From positions 96,100,001 to 96,164,000 of the forward strand of contig NC_135896.1 of the NCBI RefSeq assembly GCF_964194155.1: 64,000 nt of DNA. Reading direction: 5' to 3'. Positions 63,030-64,000 of this stretch are shown in pieces. Source of the stretch: Cetorhinus maximus (taxonomy: Eukaryota). The position numbers and the translations under genes are program-made. The notes below the pieces were generated by a model. That model was not told the DNA's origin. It searched no databases and saw only the letters and a list, made by a program, of their open reading frames with translations. Numbering within the stretch: position 1 is the stretch's first letter; the number at the start of each line of letters is the position of its first letter.

Positions 63030-63465
63030 CTATCACAGAATCTTTACAGTGCAGAAGGAGGCCATTCAGCCCATCAAGTCTGCACTGGCTCTCTCTGAAA
63101 GAGCATTTCACCTTGTCCCACTCCCCTGCCTTATCCCTGTAACCTTGTACATTATTTTTTGTCAGGTGGAAATCCAATTCCCTTTTGAATACCTTGATTG
63201 GTTCTGCCTCCACCATTCTTTCAAGAAATTAGTTCCAGACTCTAACCACCCTCGGTGAAAAAACTTTTCCACACATCACATTTACTCTTTTTGCCAATTA
63301 TTTTGAACCTGTGCCCCCGAGTTCTTGATGCTGTATTGAGTGTGAAGAGTTTCTCAATATTTACTCTGTCCATACCCCTCAGGATCTTGAATACTTCTAT
63401 CAAGTCTCCTCTCAGCCTTCATTTTTCCAAGGTAAAGAGTCCCAACCTCTCCAATCTATCCTCAG
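63030..63465 (-). mobile_element. CR1-type LINE 3' fragment
   Basis: VEAEPIKVFKRELD..GY on the minus strand, plus 3'UTR GGCCATTCAGCCCATC. Confidence 0.78.
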
Positions 63466-63684
63466 ATTTATTTATTATTGTTTGTTTCTTTATTGTCCTC
63501 CCGATCCTAAGATACAGTGTCACTTTAGTTCAATAAAATTGTAGTATCTCACAAAGGGAATTACAGTTCTGAGCCTATCTAGGTCACTTTTCCAACAGTA
63601 CTTGCGGTTCCCTATCACAGCACTTTATAACCTTTTGAACCAATTTTTGCTCTCACCTCTTAGCTGATGACCGTTGTAGCTATT

Positions 63685-64000
63685 TCTTTATGCGTTCATG
63701 GGATGTGGATATCACTGGCTAGTGCAGCGTTTATTGCCCAGCCCTAGTTGCCCTTGAGAAGGTGGTGGTGAGCTTCCTTCTTGAACTGCTGCAGTCCATG
63801 TGGTGTAGGTACACCCACAGTGCTGTTAGGTAGGGAGTTCCAGGATTTTGACCCAGCCCAGCGACAGTGAAGGAACGGCGATATATTTCCAATTCAGGAC
63901 GGTGAGTGCATTGGAGGGGAGCTTCCAGGTGCTGGTGTTCCCATGTGTCTGCTGCCTTTGTCCCTCTAGATGGCAGTGGTCATGGGTTTGGAAGATGCTG
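63685..64000 (-). mobile_element. LINE family A 3' fragment (runs off window)
   Basis: Near-identical to 12768-13095. Confidence 0.78.

Overview
Eukaryotic (vertebrate, very probably shark/elasmobranch) genomic DNA with a 301-N gap at 11777-12077. Two intact spliced genes lie in tandem on the + strand. KATNBL1 has a probable non-coding exon 1 near 17.1-17.2 kb and 9 coding exons at 25484-41535 (309 aa). EMC7 has 5 coding exons at 50009-62477 (226 aa). Each gene has a GC-rich minisatellite directly upstream. The rest is dense with repeats: a decayed two-gene Harbinger transposon and its MITEs, Deu-domain SINEs, other tRNA-SINEs, CR1/L2-group LINE fragments, and many Penelope-like (Neptune-type, RT + GIY-YIG) pieces. 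The most notable signal is a family of short Penelope-derived inserts carrying minimal hammerhead-ribozyme motifs with stem covariation. Several are fold-back insertions with two outward-pointing 3' tails and 12-14 bp target-site duplications. A second, unrelated hammerhead fold-back element sits in EMC7 intron 4. Family names come from recognition of motifs, not database searches, and repeat boundaries are approximate unless TSDs are quoted.
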